Shown here: piece by piece, positions 26,107-40,659 of the stretch
Position numbering within the stretch: position 1 is the first letter of the stretch
How the letters are laid out: every line of letters starts with the position of its first letter
Source: Chiloscyllium plagiosum
Lineage: Eukaryota
Length of the DNA stretch: 64,000 bases
Assembly (NCBI RefSeq): GCF_004010195.1
Contig: NC_057758.1
Coordinates: forward strand, 8,840,014-8,904,013
Direction of reading: 5' to 3'
Notes under the pieces: model-generated
Databases searched by the model: none
The model's input: only the letters and a program-made list of their open reading frames with translations
What the model was told of the DNA's origin: nothing
Made by a program: the position numbers and the translations under genes

Positions 26107-29100
26107 CTCTTCCAAGCACATGACCGCTTCCATCACGACCACTCAAGGGCAGCCAGTATATTCGAACACCACATCCTTTCCAAATCACTCAGCATCCTCA
26201 TTTGGAATTGTATGACCTGTTTCTTCAGTGCAGCTGTGTCTAATTTGGAGTCTTCCATCCCAAAGGCATTGTGGGTCTATCTACAGTATCTGAACAGCAG
26301 AGATTCAAGACGATAACTCAAAAACATATTCTCATTGGGACAACGAGGAACGGGACATTTGTTCTGGTAATTAGCATTGACATTAATATTCCACCAGAGA
26401 ATTTTAAAATGCGAGATTACTGAGAAATAAACTCAATCAGAAGTTTCAGTAGGATTCAAAACATTTTATAGAAATAAACACAATTACAGCATTAAACCAA
26501 CAACACATTCTGGGCTAAGGTCCCCGGTAATTATTGCAGAGACCTACAAGGCTATTGCTTCAAATGCAGGTGAAGTGGTTCTGAATAAACACACTCTAAC
26601 TAGACCAGACTCGACAACTCTGATTTCTCTCCCGAGATGCTGCCTGACTTGCTGAATTTCTCCTGCACTTCTGTTTTGTTTTAGATATGCGGCATGCGAA
26701 ATTAATTCGGTATTTTGTTTCTATTGTTTCGGCTGGAAGGAGGTAATCAGGAGGAAGCGAGGACTGCAGATGGTAAAGATCAGAGTCAAGAAACGTGGCA
26801 CTAAAACAGCAAAGAAGGTCAGGCAGCGTTCAAGGAGCAGGAGATTCGACGTTTTGAGCCTAAGCCATTCATCAGGACTGTGGTAATCGGTCATGTAAAC
26901 AGAAACAGCTTGACAAATTCAGAGTGCTTTCAGAACCAGGGGAGAGAAATCAGATTTATAATTATGAGTCCACTGATCGAACATGAACAATGTCTATTAC
27001 CTCCTTTAAGGCCAGTCATGAACCCATTCCTCTTTGAGCAATAATTGGTTATCTGCTCATGATATAAAAGTCATAACATTTTGCAGTACAGTACAGTCGA
27101 GCCAATCTGTCCCGGTTCCTGAAAAAGCGAAGCAGCTATGGCCATTCCCTTCTCCTAACTCCAGACCTCTTCCTCTTTAACCCTTTCAAATACATAACTA
27201 GCTCCCTTTGGAACTTCCTGTGATATCCACCTCCGCTAAATTCCAAGACAGCGTGTTCTGAATCTTAACAACTCAATGATCTGAGAAGTTTCTGCTTTAC
27301 GCCCTCGTTCCTGCTCCATGTTTACAGCCAGCAAGCCTCCGATGTCTTGTCACTTGCAGTCTGAAAACTGCTCGGGAAGGTAATAGCCCTTCTTTCCAAA
27401 TATCCCCGCATTGGGAACATACTGCATTGTTCTCAATGACCAATTTCCATATTATGCTAGACCTTCGGCAATGCACACAGTCTGTTTCTCATAAACAGTT
27501 TTCAACACATTTCAAGAAACCTGCACTGTTGTGACACCAATAAATTCCAGTTAGATTGTGGAGGCCGAAATCTGTATGTTCTGCCTATGTTTATTTCAGT
27601 GAGACTCAATGTGCATGTTCGACTGTGTCCGACTGTTAAAATCAATGAACTTTTTTTCTCTTTTTATTATCTCACCGAGCTCCACTCTGATCAAATATTT
27701 TAGAATGAAGTTACTGTAGTAAATTTACATGTGATAAATGCGATTCAATGTGGGTCAAGCGTGCATGCCCGCTGTTCCAAGTGTGTTGCGTACCATTCTG
27801 AGCTCAATAAATGAAAGTCAACATGTAACGCTGGAAAGTGTCTGCGTTCCCGACTGGAGAAGGCATCTCAGCAGGTTCCATTTGTTAGTGTCAATCCACC
27901 AAATCCCGAACCACTGACAAATATTCACTGTCTATGTTCGAATTCTGTTTCAGATCAGTGTCTTAATATAATGAAAAAAAGGATGGGGCAAGTCAGGAAA
28001 TGACCAGTGTACATTACCAGTCCATTCTCTTCGCAGCGGTTCATTTGCTGTACAGAACTTTGATTAGGCCGCTGCTGGAGGACCATGCGCAGGTCTGATC
28101 ACGCCTCTATTGTATTGCTCTGAAGACATTGCAGAGTGTTCAGAAGAGCTTTATCTGGATTTTGACCGTATTGTAGTATAGCAGTTATAGGTATAGTTTG
28201 CACAAACGTGAAGTGTTTCTGAAGGAGTGCCAGAGGCTGGCGGTGGGTGAGTGGGTGGTGGGTTCTATGGGAGGGCAGTGGTTGTGGGGACGTGACTTGA
28301 TACAAGAAATTCAAATGAAGTAGATTGTGGATAGTTTTGCTTGTAACAGGCGGAAACATTAGAAACTAGAGGGCAAAAAGTGAGAGGAGAATATTGTGAA
28401 GGAAATGTGCGAGGAAAGGTTTTTGCATAGCGTTTGATAGTTGCCTGGAAAACACTGCAAAGGGAGCTGTTAGAAATTGATATGATAGACAAAGATGGAG
28501 AGGTGTCCAGACAGATGCTTGAATGGGCATAGAATAAAGAGATGCAGTCTATGTCTGGGCAGATGCGATTAGTTTGCAAGGCATCATCGTCAGCACAGAC
28601 GGAAACTGGTGGACACAGCCCCTGTTCCTCTGCTGTCCTGCTTTGTTTTCTACGGGCAAATTATTCATTAAGAGAAGCTGCATGTGGCCGGCTTGTTTTC
28701 TTTGGAGCAGAAGCCCCTGGTTGAGTTGTACAATGCTCTGTGAGGCACGTGCAGAATGAACAGAAAGCAAGTGCTCCCCTCAATCAAAAGCCCAATTACA
28801 AAGAGCACATTTTGTAACTGAAACTGAGTTGAGGAGAAACGTTGTCAACTAAAGGATGGTAAGAGAGTGGAATGTACTCTCTGGAAGTGTAAATGACGCG
28901 GGTACCCTCACAAACTTTAAAAACACCTTGGATGAGCCACTTGATGTGTTATAATATTCAAAGCAACGTTCAGATTTCTGAATGTGGGGCTGGTGTAGAT
29001 TTCGAGTAGTATTTCAGTTGGCAGAATACACATAGCGAATATCTTTGCGACAAACAAAACATATATCGGTAGGATAGTCCACAAAGCATTCTGCACGAAG

Positions 29101-29277
29101 TCACGAGAATACATGAATAAGTAAGAAGAGTAAGCCAATCAGCCCTCCAAGTGTACGACTAAATGTCACCCCATAACATAAACAATAAAATCATGGTTGT
29201 TCTAAATTTATCCACAATAACTAATTTCTACATATCCGCTTATCATCTGTCATCATCTCGGTCATCGAGAATTCGTG

Positions 29278-29460
29278 GGGAAAGTGAGGACTGCAGATGC
29301 TGGTGATCAGAGCTGAAAATGTGTTGCTGGAAAAGCGCAGCAGGTCAGGCAGCATCCAAAGAGCAGGAGAATCGATGAAGGGCTCATGCCCGAAACGTCG
29401 ATTCTCCTGCTCCTTGGATGCTGCCTGACCTGCTCCGCTTTTCCAGCAACACATTTTCAG
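29278..29460. mobile_element. Short fold-back PLE-derived element (mirror of 7868-8052) with partial hammerhead
   Basis: gatgaagggctcatgcccgaaacgtcgattc in the loop region. TSD catcgagaatt(c/t)gtg on both sides. Confidence 0.85.
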
Positions 29461-32400
29461 CATCGAGAATTTGTGTAAATCCGCCATAAAAATATTCATC
29501 AAGTGTTTGAATTCGTGCCTCTTCAGAAATATTTTTACAAAGCAGCACTCCCTCTGAGAGAAAACAATGTTTCCTCATCTCTGTATTAAATGCTTTTTTC
29601 TAAGCAACGACTTCATGTTTCTGGATCCTGGACTGTACGGTCACAATTTGGTTCTGAACGCATGAGATACAATCATTGCGTTTTCAGATGACTTGAAGTT
29701 TGACGAAATCTTTCCTGGTGGGGAGAATGGATTCAGCCTGCAGACTGCTGATGATCAGCTGACAAATTGAGAAGAGCAATAGCAGGAGATAATTGATAAC
29801 GATAATTGTATGTTGATGCTTTATAAGAGGTCCAACATGGGGATGACATGCACTATGCATGGTAGTTCAGGACAGAACAAAATAATCTTGTTGTACAAGT
29901 CTATAGATCATGAAAGGTATCAGTACAGGTAGACAAAATGGTGAAGAAGGCATAAGGGATGCTTATCTCCATTAGCCAACGTATGTAACATAAATGGCAG
30001 AACCCTTACGAACACTAATCTACACAGCTAGCTTGGAGTGCAAGGTCATGGTCCCCTGAAAGTTGCACCACCAATTGATTAGATGGATAAGAAGGGACAC
30101 GGCACGCTTGATGTAATCTATCAGGGCATGTACTACAAAAGTTGGGAAATCATATTACAGTTTTATAAGACTAGGGAAGCCTCTTTTGGATTGTTGTGTG
30201 CACTGTTGGTCGCGACATTATTGGAAGGATGTGGAGGCTTTGTAGAGGACGCAAAAGAGGTGCCTAGATGTTGCCAGGATTGCATTGGGCCAGCGATAAG
30301 GAAATATTGGACAAACTTAGACTGTTTTCAGGAAAGTGTCAGAGTGTAAGGGAGGACGTGATAAAAGCATATAAAATTATGAGAGGTGTGGATCGGTTTG
30401 TGAAGTTTTAGTATCTTTCCCAACGTGGTCATGTTGAAAACGAAGATCATTGTCGCAAAGTCAAATAGTTAGACGTCACGGAAATAAATGCATCTGTCCA
30501 AACAGTCCATGCTGAACCTCATCCCAACTTAATCTAGTTGTACCTTCTTATTCCTTTCCCACATTCCTCGAAACCTTTCATATTCATGTCCTTATAAATG
30601 TACCCACAAAGTTTGTAATTCTACCTGCATTCATCACTTCCTCTCGACGTTCATTATAAATATGAGCTACCTTCTGTGTAAAAAGTCTGGATCCACTTGA
30701 GTTCTTTAAATGTCTTTCTTGTCACCTGAACGAAAGTGTCATTCCTATCGTAGGGACAAGGCAACCACCATTAACTTTATTTGTACCCCGCATTATTTTG
30801 AACATTTCTATAGCATTGCTTATTAACCTCCTACACGGCAATGGAAAAAGGTCCGAACCTAGGCCGCCTTTCATTCTAACTTAAAACATCCATCCACAGT
30901 ATCAACCTTGTCAATTTCTTCTGCACCCTCTCCAGGCTGATAAGACATTCCTGTAACCGTGCAATCAGAACTGGAAGCAGTACTCCAGAAGAGCCCGCAA
31001 CAATGTGTTGTTCAAACTCAACATAACTTTCCAAGTGCAATGCTCAAAGGATTGAACAGTGAAGCCAAGCGGCGCAAAAGTCCTTTAATCCATCCTGTCC
31101 ACTGTGTCATCAGTTGAAAGTGAGAGGCGACAGGTTAAATGAAATTAGTGAGGAAAATGTTTTTCACAGTGGGTGGTATGTGCCTGGAAAGCGTTGCCAG
31201 GGGAGGAGGTTGAAGTAGATACGTTAGAAAAGTTAGAGAAAACATTTAGACAGAGTCATGATTACACTGGGAAGAGAGGGACATGGAACATGTGCAGACA
31301 GGTGAGATTACTTTCTTGTGTGCCTAACGGTCAGAACAAGCATAGTGCGCCGAATGGCCAGATATTCCACGTTCTCGAAGAGAAAGTATTTTCCAAGAAC
31401 TCTTGGCGAGCACCCCGACCTCTGCCCACACCTGAACCCGTCACTCCTGTCCCCCACTCTCCCCAGTCCACTGACGCTAGTTCAAAGAGTACTGAGTACG
31501 TAGGTGCTCAAAAGAAAAGACGCTTTCCCCTGTAGCAGGAGGAAGAGGTCATGGGTCCACCCTATTACAGTGGGTACAAGAATGTCCGCCAATTGTGGGT
31601 TACCCAGCAACAAGATGAGAACAAGGCGTAAGATCCTTGTAGGAAAAGGGAATCTGAAAATGTCGGGTGGAACGGGAAAATGAGACGGTTCAGACTGCAT
31701 TAAGCTTCATGGAACAGGAGCCAAAACACCATCCCACCTATCAATGTAACCTGCTCCAGACCTAAAATAATCCATACCTGCGTGACCTCTTCTGGCCTCT
31801 AAAAGCGTCCCTATCTCTGTAACGCCTTGCAGTCCCTAAACACCTCCTTGTGTCTGCAGCTTCCTGAAGTTTCGATAACCCTCCTCCTGTCCGCATACTT
31901 CTCTCTCTATCTCCTCAGCTCATTGATCGCGTTATACCCCTCACCGTCTCTACACCCTCCTCCCGTCCAATGATCCTTTATCATCTGTGTAATCTCCTGC
32001 AGTCCCTCCAGTTCTCGCTGTCTCTGTAACATACTCAAGTCCACGACATGCCTGATTAACTCTTTAACATTCTTGAGCCCCTACACCACTGCCTATCTCG
32101 GTAAATACCTCCAGCCACCACTCCCTTCACCAGGTCGTAAACATCCTTCAGCCTTTACACAACTCCCAATCTCTGTGAACACCTCCAGAATTTTTATCTC
32201 AACCATTAGAGATATAGAACTGCGTGGGATCAGTACAGTCAGCTGGGATCAATACAGTCGAGGGGTCAGCGCTGAGGGATTACCACACTGTCCGAGGATC
32301 AGTGGTAAGTGACAGCCGCACTGTTAGTATGTGAGTCCCGAAGGAGCGCCCCACTATTGTGGAATCAGTGCAGATGGATCGTCCCACTACCTCAGCGTCA

Positions 32401-32939
32401 ATGCTGAGGTAGTGTAAACATTCAGAGCATAAGTGCTGAGGGAATGTGCACTAACATTCTTTCTCCTTTAACTCTACTGTCGATCTTTTTTCCTTTCTTC
32501 CCGCTTCGTTGTCATTTCACTTTTCTTGATATGAATTTCTACTGAATTTTCAATGATTTTTTTTCGCTGTTTCACTTCATTTACTAATGTCACAAATCCT
32601 CCTTTCCTCTTCTTTTCCTAGGTTGGAACGTTATGTTGCAGTTGTGTAGAGCATTGGTGACTCCGCACATGTTGACAGTTGATGACCTTGCTGTAGGAAT
32701 GATGTTATTAAAATGGAAAAAGATTCCACTGGAGATATACAAGGATGTTGACAGGACTCAGGCGTCTGGAGTACAAGGGGAGTTTGGTCTGACTAGGAAT
32801 ATTCTTCTTTAAAGCGTAGGGGGCTAAGGGGAGATCTTATACAAGCTGCTTACTGCAAATAGTTTCGATGGAGCAGACTTTGTAAGGTGTGTCCAGGCAT
32901 GATTCTTGAATCAATAAGTACATACATCATTCTGGAAGA

Positions 32940-33870
32940 TAGACTTTTCCGGGTAGCTGACAAAGAAACGGGAAGTGCTTGGGCCCATGCGGGTGCCCAT
33001 GGCTTCCCCTTCTCTCTGGAGCAAGTGGGAGGATTGAAAAGACAAATTGTTGAGGGTGAGGACCATTTCATGGAAACGAATAAGAGTGTCAGTGGAAGGG
33101 TCCAGGTGGGGAAGTCGGGAGAGGAAGAAACAGAGACCCTGGAGACCCTGGTCATGGCAGATGGAGGTGTAGATGGACTGGTAAGGATGAGGCGTTGGCG
33201 GCCGGGGACATTCAAATCTTGGAAGAGGTGGAGGGCATGGGTGGTGTCCCAAACGTATGATGCATATTCCGAAAATGAGACAGAGCCTATGTGGGGAGTT
33301 CCTGGACCGGGAGATAGGATAGTATCGAGGAAGGTGAAGATGAGTTCCCTTGGGGTAAGAGCAGGCTGAGGTGATAGGTCGGCGGGGATAACCAGGTTTG
33401 AGGATCTTGGTAGTAGGTAGAATTGGCGGTGCGGGGATCCACTATGTGTGTGAGATACCCTGAGGTCTTGAGGTTGAGTATGGCCTGGGCGATGATGTTT
33501 GGTGATGGGGATGAGGTCATGGTCGAATGGGCGGTAGGAGGCACCCGCCTTCAGCGGTGGAGAGGTCAGTTTACCACAAAACTACTACACCCGCTTTGTC
33601 TGCTGTTTGATGGTGAGGTTGGGAATGGAGCGGAGGGAGTGGAGGGATGAGCGTTGTGAGGGCGAGAGAGTAGAATTGGTGAGGCGGTTGGACACGTTGA
33701 GATGGTTGATGTCATGGCGGCAATTGGAAATGAAGAGGTAAAGGGCGAGTAGCAGGTCAGCACGGGCTGTCCAGGAGGATGGGCAAGTTGAGGTGGGAGA
33801 AGGTGCCCACGGTGGGAGGGCGGGTGTCTTGGTCCTAAAAGTAGGCACAGAGTCGAAGATGGTGGAGGAA
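32940..33870 (-). mobile_element. Decayed Neptune-type PLE RT fragment (mirror of 2812-3985)
   Basis: QSIYTSICHDQGLQ..VLTLNNLSFQSSH..AMGTRMGPS. Confidence 0.85.
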
Positions 33871-36850
33871 ACAATCCCTCATGCTGCTTTAACAAATCTT
33901 TCAAATGCGTTCTTTGCTTCTGAGACAGATGTTTTTCCAACCTATCCCTCTTCCTCATTGTTTAACACATTTTGAAGCACATCAAATTCCACATCTTGAT
34001 TTGATACCTCACTCTGTTGGGCAGTAACTAATAACTGTTTACCCAGTTATTTCAGATAATAACCTGAAAGGAATATTCTCTGCCTCATTTTCTGATACGC
34101 TTCAACATATGGTCTCGTTTTTTTGTTGGAAGTCCATTACCCTTTTTGGACTAAACACTCCTTTCTCCCTCTGCTTGATCAGGCTTCTCCTGCACCATTA
34201 CATCAAACAGCGTGTTCGTTACTGAACCTATAATCCTTCATCATTTTGTTTAGCTTTTTCTTCGTGCTGTGACTTTAGTTAGTGGGAACTTGTTACGACA
34301 GAATCTTGGAAAATACATGATATTTTTTTTTAACTCCTTAATTTCCAAGTCTTCCTTGAGCTTCTCCCCAACAAGGTTTATTATTCTCAACTTGGACACT
34401 TCGACGTCGTTCTGAAGAACAAACTGCATTCGTGGAATTGACTATCTATCAACCACTGCCACTGTTACTTTCCCAGACTTATCCAATCTTATCTCACATT
34501 TTCTCCCCTTCTGTGTGACAAATTACCACTCTCCCGGTCAACAGATCAGAAACAACGCAAATTCGTTCCTCTCATAGTTTTGAGACTGCGAACATCCTCT
34601 GTCTCATAAAATCATAAATTCTTGCCTTGCCCCATCCTTTTCTTTCTGAGTAAGCTTTATGCACAGATGCGGAGTCTTTGTAGATATCAGGAACTAACTC
34701 CTTACCCAGCCCCTCTCTCGGCTGTGCATTCTCTGCAACTCCTCGACTTTTGTTGGGGTTTCCTTCACTACTTTCACTAATGCTACTGGCTTAGATTATG
34801 TTACCACGCGTTATCCCACACTGCCTTTCTTTGACTATAATTACTGTGTCTTAACATGCCCCAATTTACCACAGAGAAAATACATGAGGCCTTTCACCTC
34901 CTTTCCACCCTTTGGGCTTCTTTTCTTTTAACCTTTTCTTAAATACTTACAAATGTTCTCCAATATTTGCTTCATAATGTAATATCTCCCCGTCTCCCAA
35001 CCCATTTTCCTCACATCATGAAATTCTTTCCAGAAACATGTGATATGCCCCATCGTGTATTGACCTACGTACTCTGCTGCTCTTCCCAATTCCTGAACTC
35101 TCTATTCATCCACGTGAATTCCAACATTCTCTGGATGGATTTTTCAACTCAGCCAGCAGAATAATCTTCGTTAGAGCCTCATTGGTCTTATCCATGTTGA
35201 AGGCCTGCACTCGTCTATCAAAACGTGCTTAATTCTTTCAAACTCAAAATATCTCTGATCTAGTCCTTTCCTTTTGTTTCTGAACCCACTGTCTGTAGAC
35301 TTCCGGTACCAATTCGTTAGCACTTAAGTAGTCTGTTTGACGCCTCATCTAACACGATGCAAATACCTCAAGAGCTCTGTCCGCCAGTTTCGTCTGAACT
35401 GGAATTCTCTGTAATTCCTCGGATAATTCCACCTGCCTAACTAATGCGTCAAATTAAACAAAGAAAGCTTGAACATCTTTCTTATCAAAATGTAACAGCG
35501 CTTTGACATATTTATTTCCATCACTGGCTGTTCTTTTAATCTCCATCCTGTTAACGTGACTTTGCCAACAATGTCACAATTTCTCAATTTCAAATTCTGT
35601 CTCTTTCTCTCTCCGCTTTAATTATCTCTCTCTCTCTCTTCCTCTGTCCATTTGCTTAGCGAAGACCCTGCTCTCATTCTTTTACCTTTCTCTAAATCGT
35701 TGTTTAGTTAAGAACATTCTCTCTATTTCCTCTCTCTGTCTGTCTTCTTTTTTTCTATTTATCTTTCTCCCTCTTTTCTCTCCCTTTCTCTCTCTCCCTC
35801 AACGTTTCCTCTTTCTCTCTTTGTTTAATCTTTTAACTTTTCCTCAATGGCAATTGAAGGTTTTCTAACTCGACTGTTAGACGTTTCCCTGATACACCTA
35901 AGTGTTTGAATACTTCCCTTAGAATTCCAGCTTTACTTCTGTCCTACATTAAAAAGAATTATAATCACCTTCCTAATTCTAAAAGTAAGATATTTTCATT
36001 TCCTTCTAAGCTTTCTTCGGACATGTGGGTGCAAGTTTTAAGCCACAGAACCTCCTTAGCAGATTTAATAGCCATTTAGCTCATGTCTAATTGAACAAAT
36101 TGCAAGAAATCGAAATTTTAAAAATAAATCTCACCTATATTTTATCTAATGATCTAGGTGACTGTTCAGTAAATGTCCAAATCTACTTGATTTTCGTTCC
36201 CCACATCTATTCAAATTTGTACAAATCTCAGACTGGATCTGTCTAAAAGGTTCAAATGTCAGATGTGAGCACTGAAACGTTACGTCACGGGGTAAACCAT
36301 TCTGCAAATGTAAAGCAGACACACAGAAGCTCTCACCTCGTCTCGTAATCCGTTAAAGTATGAGTTACAAAACAACTCTTAAAATGTTGTTATTTAAACA
36401 AAATTATTATTTAACTCCAATTTGTAAAAAAAAACATTAAACAACATCTAACCTTCTTTGATGAATTTATTCAACTCCCACTCCACAACAATTTAGTGAT
36501 AGGATAAAACAGCCCAGATTAAATTTTACAAAACATTCACGTTTCAAAATCAATCAGCTGTGCAGATTATCTTATATCTTTGTATATTCTTTTCTTCGGT
36601 CTTCCGCTTCACAGATGTCATATGAAAAGATACCTTTCCGAGAGCGATTCAGCAGGCCCAGTCTCTTGGTGTTCTTTGCTGCTTTGGCCAACTGTTCAAA
36701 ATACCGATTTTATACCAGAAAACAATGGACCGTCTCATTAGTTGACGTCATCAAAATATTAGAATTAAAATTCTTTTGCGTTTTAGTATCTTGGGGCACA
36801 ACTTAAACTGATTGGCCGATTTCGAATTTGTTGCGTCCCACTGCAACTCA
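33870..36850 (-). mobile_element. Decayed Gypsy LTR-gag-protease (mirror of 1-2810); LTR approx 36280-36850
   Basis: Reverse complement of the left-arm element. TATAAAA on the minus strand ~36708-36714. Outer LTR boundary uncertain. Confidence 0.75.
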
Positions 36851-37099
36851 GCTCCAGCTATTTGTTTCGCAGCCAAATATTGCATTTTCAAATTCTTCAT
36901 CACACTCTGTGCTTGCCGTCAGTCCTTGCCAGCTTTCACTCTTTCTTAAATGTAGAGTGCACATCTACAACTTTATAACATGCTCTAAACATTTTTCTCT
37001 CTATGTGTCTGTCCAATTGCCTTTTTGCATATTGTCACTGTATCTGCATCTACGCATTCCTCTGCTTCTTCCATTCAAGCTGCTCCATCTCTTTGAAAA

Positions 37100-40000
37100 A
37101 CTGTGCTCCATTGGTCCATTTGAATTTTTTCCCCTCTCATTTTAACGCATGCATTCTATCTTTGGACTCCCCTGCGTCAGGTGGAAGAACTTGGGTGTTT
37201 ATTTTATTTAGGAGACTCCTGATGCTTTGAAAGTGGAAGATGTCAACTCTCACCCTTCTATGCTTGAGGTGAAAAATGATCCCAAACTATCCAAAATCTC
37301 CTTAAAAATCAGTGTACATCTTGTCAATCCTTTTGAACATTTTCCATTTTAATAACATGCTTTGCATTGTGGGGCGAACAGAAGTGTACATGGTACTTCA
37401 AATGCAACCTTTCCATTGTCTTGTACAGCCGTATTATGAAGTCACAACGTTTGGACTGAAATCACTGACCGATGAAGGCAAGAGTGTCGAATGTTTTGTT
37501 TTCACCAGTATGTGTACCTGTGGTAACAGTCGCAAGGAATAATATGCCAGGACGCGTCGGCCTACATGCCCGACAATGATGCCCAAGCTCCTCAAGTCAA
37601 CGATGTTCGTCCTGCCCGAATTTGTCTAAACAAAATGCAACACCTCGCCTTTCAACAAATTGCACTCCAACTGCCACTCCTAGCCTCATTGGTCAATTTA
37701 ATTAAACGACATTGTACTCTAAGATCTTTTTTTTTCACTATCCACTCTGCCAAACGTAGTGCTGTCAACCACAAACAATTCACATTATGTACATGAATGA
37801 CGAACAACAGTGGACCCTGTACAGATCCTTCTGGAACATTGCTGGTCAATGTCTAATCTGAATAGCAGCCCTCCACGAACATCTGCAGTCTCCTACCATG
37901 AAGACAATTTTGTATCCAATTGGCCAGCTCTGGTTTATCCAATGTGATCTTACCTTCCAACCAAAGTTACTATGTGGAACCTAGTCGAAAGCATTTGTGT
38001 AGTCCAAATGGAAAACGGTTGAAATTTTCTCTTAACGTATCTTGTTCGTCAGCTCTTCCAACAACGTAATCAAATCTGAGACACAACGTTTCGTAAAAAA
38101 ACAAAAATGACTAAGGAGAGAATCGGCTTTCTTAAAGATCAGCAAGGCCATCAATGTGTGAAGCCACAGTAGGTAGGTGAGATCCTAAATGAATATTTCT
38201 CATCAGCATTTCCCGTGTAGAAGCACATGAATACGATGGTAATTGGAGAGATAAATAGTGATGTCTTGAAAATACTCCACATTACAGTAAAGTAATCGCT
38301 TGAGGATTTGAAATGGATGAACACAAAAAGAAAGGGTGACTACGCTGAATCAGCCCTTACCTTCTAAAATGCATGTTTGTTCACACCTTCAGAATCTACA
38401 TTAACAATGTACCAAACACTAACGTCAGGCTCACCGTTCCATAGCTCGCTGGATTTTCCTTGTAGCTTTTTTAAAAAAATGACGACTCGTCAGTGACCAG
38501 CCTCTCATGCATGGATGTTCTTGATGGAAGTATCTCTCTGTCATGGGTTCCCTAATTCTTTCCAGAGCTTTCCCATAATGTCAGCTGTCAGTGATTTCCT
38601 TACATTTGTCCATTTCAAATCCTCCAGCGAGTCCATTTCTGTGAACGTGGACGATATTCAAGACTTCACGGTTTATTTCTCCAATTGCCATAGATTCCAT
38701 GTGCTTCTCCACTAACGCGAAATATTCATATATGATCTCACCTATCTGCTGTGGAACTACACATTGATGGCCTTATTGATCTTGAATGGGTCTATTCGCT
38801 CCCTAATCATTCGCTTGCTGTTAATGAACTTGTAGATTCTCTTCGGAATCTCTTGAACCAAAGCTATCTCCAAACATATTGCAGGTGTCGGGATTTTCCT
38901 CTTATATATGCTCCTACAATTTCGATGTTGTTAAAGGGATATACGTGATCCTCGTCGCATGTACAGTCAAACGACGCCTTTTCTTAGATTAGGTTCTCTG
39001 CAGGGTGGAAACAGGCCCTTAGGCCCAACCAGTCCACAATGACTCTCCGAAGAGGAACCCATCCCGGCCATTTCCCTCTGAATAATGCACCTAATATTAT
39101 GGGCAATTTAGCATGGTCAATTCACCTGACCTGCACATCTTTGGACTGTGGGAGAAAACCCATGCAGACACGGAGAGAATGTGCAAACTCCACACCGACA
39201 GTCACCCTCGGCTGAAACCGAATCTGGAACCCTGGCGCTGTGAGGCAGCAGTGCTAACCACTGAGCCACAATGCCGCCTGCGTTCTTTTTTTTTCACCAG
39301 TGTTTCAATTTATTTAAATATCCAAAGTCTCCTACTCCTTCCAGCCATGGCTTTCACACTAATCGGAACATGTGGACCATAAACTCGCGTTATCTTGCTC
39401 TCAGAAGCCACCCACTTGCTAGGTATCCATTTACCTGAAAACAGCTTTCCAAACAAATTATAAAATTTCGTATCTAACAACATGGAAATTGGACTTACCC
39501 CAGGCTAAAAAATTAGCTTGTGGACCAGTCCAACTCTTTTACATAATTGCGTAATGTTTAATAGAGTTAATGTCACTGGTCATAAACTGCTACCGCACTA
39601 ACACCTCAGTCGTTTGCCTTGCCTGATTACTTAAGAGATATTCGCATTTGCCGTTCCTCTAGTATTGTCGATTGATCAATTTTCTTGAACACACTTGAAG
39701 AATTCATTCCCAAAGATGATCTTAACACTTGAAATTACAATCCATGTTTGGAAAGATAAAATCTCCAACTATTTCACCTGCATTATACTTATCGTTGTCT
39801 GTGATTTTCCTTCCTCGATATTCCACTGACTATTAAGGGACCCGATGTGCAATCCCATCAAAGTGATCACACACTTCTTATTTCTCAATTTCACCTAGAT
39901 GGGCTCATTTGACGATCCCAAAGGAATACCCTCTCTAAATACTGCAATGAAGGTTACCAAAATGAAGAACGCCACTCCTCCTGCTCATTTCCCTCCCCTT

Positions 40001-40200
40001 GTATTCTTCTTGCAACATTTCCATCCTGGAGCATTGAACTTACAGTGTTATCTCTTCCTCAAAGATGTTTCTGTAATAACTATGATGTGCCTATATTATC
40101 ATGCATATACTTGTTCATCTTCAATACTTATAAGGCCTCTCGCGGTAACTAACGAAATGCAATGAAATAAATGAAGTTTTATTGATAACTCTCACTCCGT
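37100..40200 (-). mobile_element. Old fragmented CR1 LINE (endonuclease and RT relics)
   Basis: VPEGSVQGPLLFVI (37652-37849); KFINSKR..RE.I relic ~38800; VGDF..FP relic ~39750. Interrupted by a SINE. Confidence 0.7.
38985..39278 (-). mobile_element. HE1/V-SINE (older subfamily)
   Basis: Reverse-strand tRNA head and V-domain. Paralog at 53825-54139. Confidence 0.9.
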
Positions 40201-40659
40201 GACACGCCAAACTCTTGCCTGTCTTTACTGCTTACTGCTATACCAGTACCCACGTTATTTGTGTTCATCGACCTCGATGTTACTAGACATCTGGTCATAA
40301 TTAAACAACAAAAAAACAAAGAGATTTACAGCACAGAAGCAGGTCCTTCGCCACCACCACTCCCCAAGACAGAGTCGAACGCGATCTACTCTCGAAAAAC
40401 TTCGCCTAATTTTAAGTATGTGTATTCCTCTGCTCAATGCCCATTCAAGTTTTTGTCGATATGCATAAAACTGACGTTATCGTGCATCCCACTACCACCT
40501 CTGCTGGGAACGCATACCAGGCACTTTCACCCTCTGTGTAAAGAACGATCTGCACATATCTCCCTCAAACTTTTTTCCTCTCAACTTGAACTTTTGACCG
40601 CGAGTAATTGAGTCGATCACTCTGTGGGAAAAAAAGCATTATGCTGTCCACCCTGTCTT

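Larger units (their letters stand above)
20566..36678 (-). repeat. Right arm of large inverted segmental duplication
   Basis: Mirror ORFs, e.g. 8558-8779(+) vs 28549-28770(-), 16880-17074(+) vs 21570-21764(-), 1514-1711(-) vs 34967-35164(+). Confidence 0.97.
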
